DNA of 41,492 nt from an uncultured bacterium. Lineage in GTDB: Bacteria > CSSED10-310 > CAZUFC01. Position 1 is the first letter of the stretch. Each line of letters opens with the position of its first letter. The position numbers and the translations under genes were made by a program. Positions 21,398 through 30,810 of the stretch are shown here, in pieces. Location of the stretch: the NCBI GenBank assembly GCA_964619725.1, contig CAZUFC010000073.1, positions 1-41,492 of the forward strand, read 5' to 3'. The notes below the pieces were generated by a model. It saw only the letters and a list, made by a program, of their open reading frames with translations, had not been told where the DNA came from and ran no database searches.

Positions 21398-22681
21398 ATG
21401 AAATTGATCGGTTTAATGTTGATAATCATGGCGATCATACTTCCTGGATGCGCCAAAGAAGCGGAACAGGCCGAACCGAAAAGCGAACCGCAAATTACGG
21501 AAAAACAGGCGAATGTTGAAGACTACGGTAAGCCGGACTTAATGCTGTCGCAAGCTCAGTTCGTCAAAAAAATGGGCGATGACGGAAGAATGCACCCCGT
21601 GCCCGGCGCCGCTAAACTCGTCATGCTGTACGAAACTGACGGCGGATGGGCGAAACATATACTTGAAGACGACGGCAGCAACGTTTTTCATAAAGCCATG
21701 TATTTCCATCCGGAAAAAGGCGCTCCCGGCATACTGACCATCGGAGCCAACGAAGCCATGCTGAAGATATGGCGTTATAAAGAGGGTGAATGGCAGTCGG
21801 AAACGCTTTGGAATCCGGTGTTCGGAGGAAAGCAGAACCGGTTGCGCGACATGGAGATCGGAGACGTTACCGGCAACGGAAAAGAAGAAATAGTCATTGC
21901 CACGCATGACCAGGGCGTCGTTGCGGTCGTGGAACAGAAAGAAGAAGAATATAAGGTCCATGAACTCGACAGAGAATCCGATACGTTCGTGCATGAAATT
22001 GAACTGGGCGACGTCGACGGAGACGGCAAGATGGAGATTTTCGCCACGCCTAGCGCGCCCAATAAACTGGACGGCTCCATCCAGCCTGGTCTGATAATCC
22101 AATTCGATTATGAGCAGGATGAATTTAAAAAGTCCATCGTAGAAGAATTCCCGGAAAGACACGTAAAAGAGCTGCTGACATACAAGCTCAAAGAAAAGGA
22201 AAGTCCGCTGCTGTTCGCTGCACTGGAAGGTGAAAGCCTGGGCGGCGGGATCGGCGTCGGAGACACCACCCGCATAAAATATTACAAGTTTGAAGACGGC
22301 AAAATGAAACCCTATGACGTCACTTCATTACCCGGAAAATTATGCCGTTTCATTACCGGAGGTGAACTTAAAAAAGCCGGCGAACGCGCCGTCGTCGCTT
22401 CCACACACAAATCCGGCATCTGGCTGCTCTCTCCCGGCGAGGATGAATGGAGCGTCGACCTGATTGACGATCAATCATCAGGCTTCGAACACGCTACGCT
22501 GATCCTGGACCGCAACCAGGACGGCAAAGACGAAATATACGTAGCTGCAGACAACCAGAAAACGGTCAATAAATATGTTTATGAAAACGGTGAATGGAAT
22601 AAAGAACTCATCATGAAGCTGGATGGCGACTACATTACTTTCGGATTAACGGGACAACCCGCCTGGATGCTCGAAAAATAA
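21398..22681 (+). CDS. Lipoprotein with FG-GAP/VCBS repeats (probable beta-propeller)
   Basis: GAGGAGG RBS; lipobox ILPG-C; repeats GDVTGNGKEEI, GDVDGDGKMEI, LDRNQDGKDEI. Confidence 0.8.
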   Translation: MKLIGLMLIIMAIILPGCAKEAEQAEPKSEPQITEKQANVEDYGKPDLMLSQAQFVKKMGDDGRMHPVPGAAKLVMLYETDGGWAKHILEDDGSNVFHKAMYFHPEKGAPGILTIGANEAMLKIWRYKEGEWQSETLWNPVFGGKQNRLRDMEIGDVTGNGKEEIVIATHDQGVVAVVEQKEEEYKVHELDRESDTFVHEIELGDVDGDGKMEIFATPSAPNKLDGSIQPGLIIQFDYEQDEFKKSIVEEFPERHVKELLTYKLKEKESPLLFAALEGESLGGGIGVGDTTRIKYYKFEDGKMKPYDVTSLPGKLCRFITGGELKKAGERAVVASTHKSGIWLLSPGEDEWSVDLIDDQSSGFEHATLILDRNQDGKDEIYVAADNQKTVNKYVYENGEWNKELIMKLDGDYITFGLTGQPAWMLEK

Positions 22682-22813
22682 CAATTCTTTTCCACTTATT
22701 ACTTTTGTGCCGAATCGCCGAACAAGGCCGGAACAGCTCACGGCTTCGGTCGCGTTACCGTTGTTGAATTTTGGACGAATTTGTTTTTCGACCCTGTTCT
22801 CATTTCAGGACTT

Positions 22814-22839
22814 CTGTTATATTGAATTCAATCTAACAG
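22814..22839. promoter_or_regulatory. 26-bp near-perfect palindrome, possible operator
   Basis: CTGTTATATTGAATTCAATCTAACAG, one mismatched pair, 55 bp upstream of the radical SAM gene. Confidence 0.4.
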
Positions 22840-22894
22840 GAACTCCGGAATTACGATTCTTTTAAGCCGCTGTTTTCCAGGGAACCTTTTTAAA

Positions 22895-23860
22895 ATGATG
22901 AAAAACGTCATGAACAGCCATCAATTGCGACTGCTCTCAGAAGAATTGTACAAATTACAAACCCCCTGCCGCTTATGTCCTCGCTTATGCGAAGCAGAAA
23001 GAGACAGGGGCGTGAAAGGTTTTTGCGGAGGCGGAAACAGGGCGAAGGTTTTTTCCTGGGGGCTTCACCAGGGTGAAGAACCTCCGCTTGTAAAAAAGCG
23101 CGGATCGGGAACGGTATTCTTTTCCGATTGTTCTTTGCGCTGCATTTATTGTCAGAATCATCATTTCAGTCAGGAAGGACAGGGGGGTGAAGTAACGGTT
23201 GAGGCCCTGGCGGGTATTTTCCTGGAGCTGCAGGCGGAAGGAGCGTCCAATCTGAATCTCGTCACGGCGACGCATTACCTTCCGGAAACCGTTCATGCCC
23301 TGTCCATGGCGGTCGACAAGGGCTTCGACCTTCCCGTGGTTTGGAATACTTCGGGTTATGAGAGACTTGAAACTGTCCGTAAACTTGAAGGCATAACTGA
23401 TGTGTGGCTGACGGATATGCGTTACGGTTCCGGTCAGACGGCCGAAAAACTATCCGGGGCCCCGGATTATGTTGAAATAAATCGAACAGCGGTCAAAGAA
23501 ATGTTTCGTCAGACCGGTCATTTCAGAATAACGGCTTCCGGGCGGCCCAAAGGAGTCATCATACGGCATCTGGCGCTTCCCGGAGAACTTGAAAATACCC
23601 GTAAAACGCTCCAGTGGATAGCGGAAAACCCGGGCCGGGAGTCTTTCATAAGCTTTATGGGTCAATATTATCCCGCACACAAAACCGTTTCCGGCTGCGG
23701 CCCTCTGTCGCATCCCCTATCGTCTCAGGAATACGAACAGGCGCTCTCCATGCTGTTCGCTTTCAACCTGGAAAACGGCTGGGTGCAGGACCCTCTGTCT
23801 GACCGGGAACGAAAACAGTTCCTCGGCAGCGGTTTCAAGGAGAAGACTGATTTACGATAA
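22895..23860 (+). CDS. Radical SAM protein, PflX-like (putative pyruvate formate-lyase activating enzyme family)
   Basis: N-terminal CRLCPRLC, HQGEEPP, GSGTVFF, CSLRCIYCQN (CxxxCxxC), WNTSGYE, RHLALP. Confidence 0.88.
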   Translation: MMKNVMNSHQLRLLSEELYKLQTPCRLCPRLCEAERDRGVKGFCGGGNRAKVFSWGLHQGEEPPLVKKRGSGTVFFSDCSLRCIYCQNHHFSQEGQGGEVTVEALAGIFLELQAEGASNLNLVTATHYLPETVHALSMAVDKGFDLPVVWNTSGYERLETVRKLEGITDVWLTDMRYGSGQTAEKLSGAPDYVEINRTAVKEMFRQTGHFRITASGRPKGVIIRHLALPGELENTRKTLQWIAENPGRESFISFMGQYYPAHKTVSGCGPLSHPLSSQEYEQALSMLFAFNLENGWVQDPLSDRERKQFLGSGFKEKTDLR

Positions 23861-23931
23861 AAAATGAACGATGCGCATGCCATGGTTGTTTATACATACG
23901 GACATGCAATTGAAAGAACGGAGGTTACAAA

Positions 23932-25326
23932 ATGAGATACAGGTTAATCGGTTCCTTTTTGCTGATTATTGCGGCGATTATCGGATTCTTAACCATACAG
24001 GCGCAACCGGGGTTATCCTCGGAAGAAACCGCCCCCTTTCCCCCACGCAGAAACGCTGTCGTAGCGGTTGTGGAAAAGGCGGGTCCGGCGGTCGTCAACA
24101 TCAGCACGGAAAAGGTGGTTCAAAAGCGCGTCAGTCCTTTTTACCGGCATGATCCGTTGTGGTTCGATTTTTTCGAGCCTTTCCGCCGCGACGTCAGGGA
24201 AGAAAGTCTCGGCACAGGCGTCATCATCAATAAAAACGGTTATGTTTTGACTAACGAACATGTCATATTGCCTGCAGCAACGAAAATACGGATCATGCTG
24301 TCCGACAACCAGGAATTCGAGGGCGAATTGATCGGTTCTTCAGCCCGTTTCGATCTTGCCGTCATCAAAATCGAAGGTGAGAAAAAGCTCCCCTTTCTCG
24401 AACCTGCCGATTCCGACGACCTGATGATAGGGGAAACCGTGATAGCTATAGGCAACCCGTATGGTTTATCGCATACGGTCACTACGGGAGTCATCTCGGC
24501 CCTGAAAAGGTCCGTCGAAGTGGGTGAAGGGAGAGTCTACAGAGATTTCATCCAGACGGACGCATCCATCAATCCGGGCAATTCCGGCGGGCCGCTTCTG
24601 AATATTCAGGGCGAACTGATCGGCGTAAATTCCGCCATTTACAAAGAAGCGCAGGGAATCGGGTTTGCCATTCCCATTAATAAAGCCAAACGGGTCCTGG
24701 ACGACCTTATCAGTTTCGGCAAAGTCCTTCCCGTCTGGTTCGGACTCTATGTTCAGGACATTAACCGCTCGCTCGCCCGCAGCTTCGGTCTTCCCTCCCT
24801 CGAAGGAGTCCTGGTGTCGGAAGTAATGGAAAACGCACCTGCAGACAAAAGCGGCGTAAAACGCGGCGACGTCATATTGGAAATAGCGGGAACCAAAGTC
24901 CTCTCCGCTTCTCATTACAGAGAACTCATCTGCGAATTCACCGTCGGCGATCCCGTTAATCTTACGCTATGGAGGGACTCCAAAGTGATCGAAACCATAA
25001 TGGAAGGCGTCGCCATCCCTGAAGACCGCGCTGAGGAAATTACCCGCAGCCGCTTCGGCGTAGCCGCGGCAAACGTCAACCGAAGAAATATAAGACGCTA
25101 CGGCCTGGCCGTCGACTACGGCGTCGTCATCACTCATGTCGAACCAGGCAGCCCCGCTGCCAAAAAAGGTCTCGCTCCGGGAGACGTCATCACTAAAGTC
25201 AACGACGCCTACGTCGAAAACATGGAACAGTTCAAATCCGCTTCCATCAAAGCGTGCGAGCGCGGCGCCATGCTGCTCGTCGTGGTCAGGGGACGTCGAG
25301 CCTACTACGTTAACCTTGAATCATAA
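23932..25326 (+). CDS. htrA: HtrA/DegP-family serine protease with two PDZ domains
   Basis: TNEHV, DLAVIK, IQTDASINPGNSGGPL catalytic triad motifs; two PDZ repeats; signal anchor. Confidence 0.93.
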   Translation: MRYRLIGSFLLIIAAIIGFLTIQAQPGLSSEETAPFPPRRNAVVAVVEKAGPAVVNISTEKVVQKRVSPFYRHDPLWFDFFEPFRRDVREESLGTGVIINKNGYVLTNEHVILPAATKIRIMLSDNQEFEGELIGSSARFDLAVIKIEGEKKLPFLEPADSDDLMIGETVIAIGNPYGLSHTVTTGVISALKRSVEVGEGRVYRDFIQTDASINPGNSGGPLLNIQGELIGVNSAIYKEAQGIGFAIPINKAKRVLDDLISFGKVLPVWFGLYVQDINRSLARSFGLPSLEGVLVSEVMENAPADKSGVKRGDVILEIAGTKVLSASHYRELICEFTVGDPVNLTLWRDSKVIETIMEGVAIPEDRAEEITRSRFGVAAANVNRRNIRRYGLAVDYGVVITHVEPGSPAAKKGLAPGDVITKVNDAYVENMEQFKSASIKACERGAMLLVVVRGRRAYYVNLES

Positions 25327-26672
25327 GGTCTCCTGAGCAAAGAAACCATCGTAAAAACATGATGACTCGCCGGAATAAGGTCCACCGGCACGACTTTTTC
25401 TATCGCATACTTCTTCCCGGTCAGTACGGATGTTTCTCGGGCAGCGTTCCCAGGCCCAGGCGACAGGTATAATATCTGTTTTACATTCAGATCGGACAGG
25501 AATTCCAGGCTTTCCCTGCCGATCCCCACGCGCATGGGATTTATTATCACGGTATCGGGCAAGGCAGCCTTCCTCAAATGCCGGCGGGCGCTTTTGATCA
25601 ATCTTCCCGCATGAAAAATCACCGGACTACGCAGCAGACTCCTGTTTAAAGCCTTGTTGCGCTCTGCCTGCTGCACTGCGCTTAAACTGTTGTCGACGCC
25701 GAACACCCTCTTTCCATGCATAGCCAGAAACAGACTCAAGCCTCCTATGCCGCAGCAGAAATCCCATATCTCTTGATGCCCCGGAGAGATCATTTCCAGG
25801 GTCTTCTCATATACCTTCAGTCCCATCTCACGGTTTGAGTGTACCCAGTCATGCGAACCGGCTTCCAGCAGTAATGAGCCCAGCCTCATACTGAAACAAG
25901 GCTCGCCTCTTATCACATCATTTTTTCCCTCTTCGCCAATCAGGATCATTGATGTATCTTCGGGAACAAAACGGTTGCGCAGAATTGATTTGAATTCTTC
26001 GGCATCTTCACTATTGAGGTTCGCTTTTATCATAACCAGGCGTGAACCGTCTGAGCCGCCTGAACGCAGGATCAATCTCTGCAGTCTCTTCAGATGCCTT
26101 TCGGGCAGATTCCGTAACAGCGGAATGAATAGACCGGCGAGTTTTCTGATATCGGGGCCCTGCGCAGGACAGTTTCTTATGTCCAGCAGCGTTCCGTTTT
26201 TTTCGAGCGAATAAAAACCCGCTTTTAAAACTCCATCCCGGTATTCCATCGCCAGGTCGGCCTTTAAACGATAATTGGAAACGGATGACGCTGCCAGAGT
26301 CGGTTCAGGCACGATATCAAGACCAGCGAAATCCCTGAACGCCTCCCTGACCAGCCTTCGCTTGTAATTTAACTGCTCGTTGTAAGCGATGTGTCGTATG
26401 CGGCACCCAGGACAATAACGATAATATTCGCAGGAAGGATCAGTCCTCATTTGAGAACTCTCCAGGACATCTTCCACGAAAAAACGAACCGCACGGCCCC
26501 TCACGGATACGACGCGAGCCCGCACAAGATCCCCCGGAGCCGCATGAGGCAGCAACAGCAAACGCCCTGCTTCCCGGCATATCCCTTCGCCGCCGAAACC
26601 CCAATTCTGCACTCGGATTTTATGAACATCATTTATGACGTACCGGTCTTTCTTTGCCTTTTCGTTTTCCAT
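25305..26672 (-). CDS. rlmD: RlmD/TrmA-family RNA m5U methyltransferase-like protein with divergent catalytic motifs
   Basis: TRAM-like N-terminus, C-x5-C-x2-C plus a later Cys, Y.EQL.YK, YR.K, SAM motif DFCCGIG. Start could be 26672, 26690 or 26717; the 3' end overlaps htrA by 22 bp. Confidence 0.72.
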   Translation of the reverse strand: MENEKAKKDRYVINDVHKIRVQNWGFGGEGICREAGRLLLLPHAAPGDLVRARVVSVRGRAVRFFVEDVLESSQMRTDPSCEYYRYCPGCRIRHIAYNEQLNYKRRLVREAFRDFAGLDIVPEPTLAASSVSNYRLKADLAMEYRDGVLKAGFYSLEKNGTLLDIRNCPAQGPDIRKLAGLFIPLLRNLPERHLKRLQRLILRSGGSDGSRLVMIKANLNSEDAEEFKSILRNRFVPEDTSMILIGEEGKNDVIRGEPCFSMRLGSLLLEAGSHDWVHSNREMGLKVYEKTLEMISPGHQEIWDFCCGIGGLSLFLAMHGKRVFGVDNSLSAVQQAERNKALNRSLLRSPVIFHAGRLIKSARRHLRKAALPDTVIINPMRVGIGRESLEFLSDLNVKQILYLSPGPGNAARETSVLTGKKYAIEKVVPVDLIPASHHVFTMVSLLRRPYDSRLT

Positions 26673-26870
26673 TATAACCGCCCGATTCATAAAAAACGCC
26701 GATAGCCGACGTCGCATAACAATTTATGCAACCTGCATCATTTATACAAGCGGATAGTTCAAACTGGACTCATCCGGCGATGAAATCCCTACTCATTCTT
26801 TAATCGAGAGTGGATTCAACCGGTATCGGGGTCAGGGACGATTTCTTATGGCGATTTCATCAGTCAAATA

Positions 26871-26907
26871 TTTTAGAAAAAAGTGCAACCCCGGTTTGCT
26901 CAAATCT
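26871..26907 (-). mobile_element. Partial MITE end (copy E)
   Basis: TTTTAGAAAAAAGTGCAACCCCGGTTTG is nearly identical to 28247-28273 of copy B. Confidence 0.6.
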
Positions 26908-27053
26908 GTAATGTGCATCTTTAGCCTGGATTTCTCCTCATACAACCGGTTAATTTATGAAAAAAGCAGCGCCGGCATTTGATTTAAAAAAATACGATTT
27001 CTATAATGAGAATGTCGGATTTTTCCGTGAGGATTATTAATTCGGAGGGCATC

Positions 27054-28136
27054 ATGAAAAAGTTTATGGGTGTTTTTATCGGCATCGTCGCGGTTTTCTT
27101 TTTTCTTGTAGCGTCGTTCGAGCATCATGTTTTCGGAGCAGTCAGCGCTGATGATCATGCAAGGAATGTTATGTCTCAAAAGTCTGACGGCGGAAATGAA
27201 TTGACTTCTTCCGGCATGAAGACCCTGAACACAGCCACGCCGACCGCCACGGCAACGCCCGGAGCGTCCTATTTTTCAGTTGAGGTGGAAGTCGTGCCTG
27301 AATCGACCGAAGCGGGTGTAGGGGAATCATTCAACGTCACTGTAAACATCATCAACAACAGCGTGGGCTGCATTTTTCCAGTGTATGATCTGACATTGGA
27401 CCAGGACGGCGAGGATGCTCCTGTTTTTTATCCGCCCAGTTCCGTCGTAGGACCGCCTGTAGGCGAAACCACGGTGTTCACGCTGACGGCTGATTCTCCC
27501 GGTACAGTCACATTCTATGCGACGGCGCACGGCGAACGATACTGTAACGATTACTGGCAATGGATGGATATCATCGGAGAATCAGAACCAGTCACCGTCA
27601 CGGAACCCTCGCCCACGCCCTGGCCTGAACCGACTTATACCCCGACTCCTACTGCGACGCCGACAGCGGTCTACACTTACTTCTCCGTCGACGTTCAGGT
27701 GATTCCCGAATCGGATGTAGTCGCGGCAGGCGAAGAATTCGAAGTGACGGTCAATATCATCAATAACAGCGTCGGTTGCATCTTTCCCGTGTATGAACTG
27801 ACGCTGACCCAGGAAGGCGAGGATGCGCCAGTTTTTTCTCCCGAAACGGTCGTTGAAGGCCCGCCGGTAAGTGAAACCACTGTTTTCACGTTAACGGCGG
27901 ATTCGCCGGGAACCGTTACATTCAAAGCCTCAGCATACGGCGAACGCTATTGCAATGACTTCTGGCAATGGATGTACATCAACGGCCAATCCGATCCCGT
28001 TACCGTAATACAAGTTTCTCCTACGCCTACTCAAGGGTCCGCCCAGGTCCCCGCTCAATCCAAACCCGCCCTCATCCTCCTCATCGGCATCGCCTCTGTT
28101 ATGCTTCTACTCCGCCATAAAAACGGTACGGCGTGA
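27054..28136 (+). CDS. Secreted/surface protein with two tandem 110-aa beta-rich domains, Pro/Thr linkers and a C-terminal sorting-like segment
   Basis: GGAGG RBS; signal peptide; repeats at 27270-27599 and 27678-28007; tail VPAQSKPALILLIGIASVMLLLRHK. Confidence 0.85.
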   Translation: MKKFMGVFIGIVAVFFFLVASFEHHVFGAVSADDHARNVMSQKSDGGNELTSSGMKTLNTATPTATATPGASYFSVEVEVVPESTEAGVGESFNVTVNIINNSVGCIFPVYDLTLDQDGEDAPVFYPPSSVVGPPVGETTVFTLTADSPGTVTFYATAHGERYCNDYWQWMDIIGESEPVTVTEPSPTPWPEPTYTPTPTATPTAVYTYFSVDVQVIPESDVVAAGEEFEVTVNIINNSVGCIFPVYELTLTQEGEDAPVFSPETVVEGPPVSETTVFTLTADSPGTVTFKASAYGERYCNDFWQWMYINGQSDPVTVIQVSPTPTQGSAQVPAQSKPALILLIGIASVMLLLRHKNGTA

Positions 28137-28146
28137 ACAAAGAATC

Positions 28147-28282
28147 GGCATTAATCAAAACAGCATCTTTTCAGGTTAAAATTCGACAGTGGCTCCCATC
28201 ATTTTGTTTCGATTTCGACCCCGATTACTGAAACAACTGTCAAAAGTTTTAGGAAAAGTGCAACCCCGGTTTGATACATCCC
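28147..28282 (-). mobile_element. MITE copy B
   Basis: Reverse complement of copies A and D; flanks AAAGAATC / GAAGAATA (6/8, decayed TSD). Confidence 0.8.
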
Positions 28283-28503
28283 GAAGAATATTTATGAGTA
28301 ATAGCCTTATGCTGAGCTGTCCCGTCCGAACAAAAGAACCCGCATGGGGCATATTTGGCCGATAGGGACAACGGGAAAAGAGCGGTTGTGCCAGGAAATG
28401 AGGAGTTCTATTTCAATGCCCTGTCGTCAATCACTGTCGATGATTCCGCACCGCACGGACAAGTCAGTTGCTCGTTCGCTTCGCTCGTCTCGTTCGATTA
28501 TTC

Positions 28504-28748
28504 GGGACTGATCAAACAGGGGTTGCAAATTGTGATCTCGATACTCAACCAGAACTATCGTGCTCAGCGGAGCGGCGCTCATGCTCGTAATCGTAATCGA
28601 TCGATTCAGATGATTACTCTAATTTACTTTCAAACGACCGTACAGATCAGACCAATGGTTCGATTACGATTACCGCTGCACTGAGCACGAGCCCAGAGGA
28701 TTCAAACTGAGAATTGTAAACCTGACATGGCCATTTCTGATCAGCGCC
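28504..28748 (+). mobile_element. MITE copy C (same ends, different palindromic interior)
   Basis: GGGACTGATCAAACAGGGGTTGCA ... TTCTGATCAGCGCC; flanks GATTATTC / GATTATTA (7/8 TSD). Confidence 0.72.
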
Positions 28749-28943
28749 GATTATTATTAATGCAACCTGCGCTTTACGGCATTCGACAGGGACGACGACG
28801 AGCGGTAAGACCGATTTTTAATTCGTGTGGATCGGGAAGAATATTTATCCAGTTGAGTAGATTTTGTTCCGGGTCCCTAACCGAATTTTGGATGACTCAA
28901 ACATTTTTATCCATTTCCGAACAGTAAAGGTTTTTCAATAAAT

Positions 28944-29040
28944 CGACCCTGAAAGGGTCGCAAAGCAAAGCCCAGGGCTAAGCGAGCTTGCGAGCGCAAC
29001 CCTGGGTAGGATGGACAAAATCTATAACCCTGAAAGGGTT
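28944..29040. repeat. Palindrome cluster at the 3' side of a Y1-transposase remnant
   Basis: CGACCCTGAAAGGGTCG (28944-28960), CCCAGGG...CCCTGGG (28971-29006), AACCCTGAAAGGGTT (29026-29040). Confidence 0.75.
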
Positions 29041-29049
29041 GAACAGATT

Positions 29050-29230
29050 TCAAACCCAAATGTATTTTTCATCATAATCTGATGCGTTACTCTTCCAGGG
29101 CCTGTTAATCCCGTTTGTTGCATATTCCGGCGAGATGGGTATGAATAGTTTGTCGGATTGATGGAACGGACAGGAGCTGATTTCGGTTTATTTGGTAAAA
29201 AAATATATGGGGAAGCCTGACTGTCAACAT
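29050..29230 (-). pseudogene. Internally deleted IS200/IS605-family TnpA (Y1) remnant
   Basis: Manual translation: MLTVRLPHIFF...IRQTIHTHLAGICNKRD* (29230-29105), then DYDEKYIWV* ending at 29050. These resemble the N- and C-termini of IS200-type TnpA. Confidence 0.6.
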
Positions 29231-29305
29231 TCTACCCCCTGTCAGAAGGAACTTTAAAAACGTATACCCTTCAATGACTGTAAACAGGATATCCTCGTTA
29301 CCGCC

Positions 29306-30493
29306 TTACGTTTCTATTTCGCCGGCCCCGCTTCCCGTTTCGGTTACATAAATATCGGTTTTTCGCCCTGTTTTCTTCTCGTAAACCTCTTCCATCTTCC
29401 GTCTGAACTCTTCAATGAAAACCCTGCGTACAAGATTGACCGTGCATCCTCCGAATCCCGCGCCTGTCATGCGCGCGCCGGCGACTCCTTTCATCCTCAT
29501 CGCTTCCGTCGCCAGGATATCCAGTTCCGGTCCCGTGACTTCGTAGTCATAACGCAACGAATGATGGGATTCCTCCATCAAACCGCCGAATCTTATCATG
29601 TCCTTTTTTTTCAAAGCATTGACGGCATCGAGCGTTCGCCTGTTTTCCGCAACCACGTGAGCGACCCTTTTTCGATGCGGGAGGGGCAATTTTGATTTAA
29701 TTGTCGTAAAGCGCTCCATCGTCAAATCCGAGAGGTCATCGACCGGAAAGAAGCTGCGGATCATTTCAACGGCCTCTCTGCATTCTTTGACCCTTTCGTT
29801 ATATTTTGATTCCGCCAGGCTTCTCGGTTTATTAGAATTGCAAAGAACGATGCTGAAATCTTTCAACTGAAAAGGGATCATTTCATACTCAAGCGTTTTG
29901 CAGTTGATGAAAACGGCATGCTCCGGGCTCCCCAGTCCGGAGGCAAACTGATCCATTATTCCGCAATCAACGCCCACGAAATCGTTTTCCGCCGCGCGGG
30001 CAGCCATGATCAACTCCATCCGGCTCATGTTGAATCCGAAGGTCTCATTAACGCCGACTGCAGTGACCATCTCGATGGATGCCGAAGATGAAAGTCCGGC
30101 GCCCGAAGGAATATAACCCGACCAGAGCATATCCAGGCCTTCAATTCTACACCCGCGTCTCCAGAACTGGTTCAGAACGCCCAATGGATAATCCACCCAG
30201 TCGTTTTTTTTCTTTTCCTCAATATCGGATAATTTAAGGCGATAGACATCCCCGCAATTCAATGACCTCAAATTCAATATATCGTCCGGCCTCCTCCGCA
30301 ACATAAGGTAAGTCCCGCGGTCCAAGGCACAGGGTAAGACGTATCCGCCGTTGTAATCGGTGTGCTCGCCGATCAGATTGACTCTCCCCGGTGCATAAAA
30401 CAACCTCAGAGGCGTATCGGAAGTTCCGTAAAATTGCAGGAAGCGATTCCGAATTCCTTTCATGATTTCCTGTTCAGTCATTCTCCCTTCCAT
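29306..30493 (-). CDS. galK: Galactokinase
   Basis: APGRVNLIGEHTDYNGG, PSGAGLSSSA, CGIMDQ and GARMTGAGFGG motifs; alternative start 30481. Confidence 0.96.
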   Translation of the reverse strand: MEGRMTEQEIMKGIRNRFLQFYGTSDTPLRLFYAPGRVNLIGEHTDYNGGYVLPCALDRGTYLMLRRRPDDILNLRSLNCGDVYRLKLSDIEEKKKNDWVDYPLGVLNQFWRRGCRIEGLDMLWSGYIPSGAGLSSSASIEMVTAVGVNETFGFNMSRMELIMAARAAENDFVGVDCGIMDQFASGLGSPEHAVFINCKTLEYEMIPFQLKDFSIVLCNSNKPRSLAESKYNERVKECREAVEMIRSFFPVDDLSDLTMERFTTIKSKLPLPHRKRVAHVVAENRRTLDAVNALKKKDMIRFGGLMEESHHSLRYDYEVTGPELDILATEAMRMKGVAGARMTGAGFGGCTVNLVRRVFIEEFRRKMEEVYEKKTGRKTDIYVTETGSGAGEIET

Positions 30494-30810
30494 TCAAGCT
30501 CCAATGAAAAGTTAAGATTCCAATAACATCTCCTGACAATGTTTTACATTTCCTTCTGAAATTATTCAAGCGATGCAGAAAGCCGATAAGCTTTTCAGGA
30601 CAGATGAAACTGTATTTTCTTTTTTTCGGACAGTTACCGGTAAATCTTCGTTTCTATTGAAATACCTATCCCGATTAACGATATAAACTGTTCATTGATT
30701 TTTATTTTAATCGGCGTGATAATGTGTCAAGCGACCGGGGCATTTTGTGATGAATCAAGTCGCTTTTCAGGGAAATTTTGCTGATTGTTTCATTCTCAAG
30801 GAGTTGAAAA

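Noticed and set aside
21539-22162. 207-aa - strand ORF
   Set aside because: Antisense to the FG-GAP lipoprotein gene.
28355-28927. 109-aa and 66-aa ORFs
   Set aside because: They run through MITE copy C, with no RBS or family motifs.
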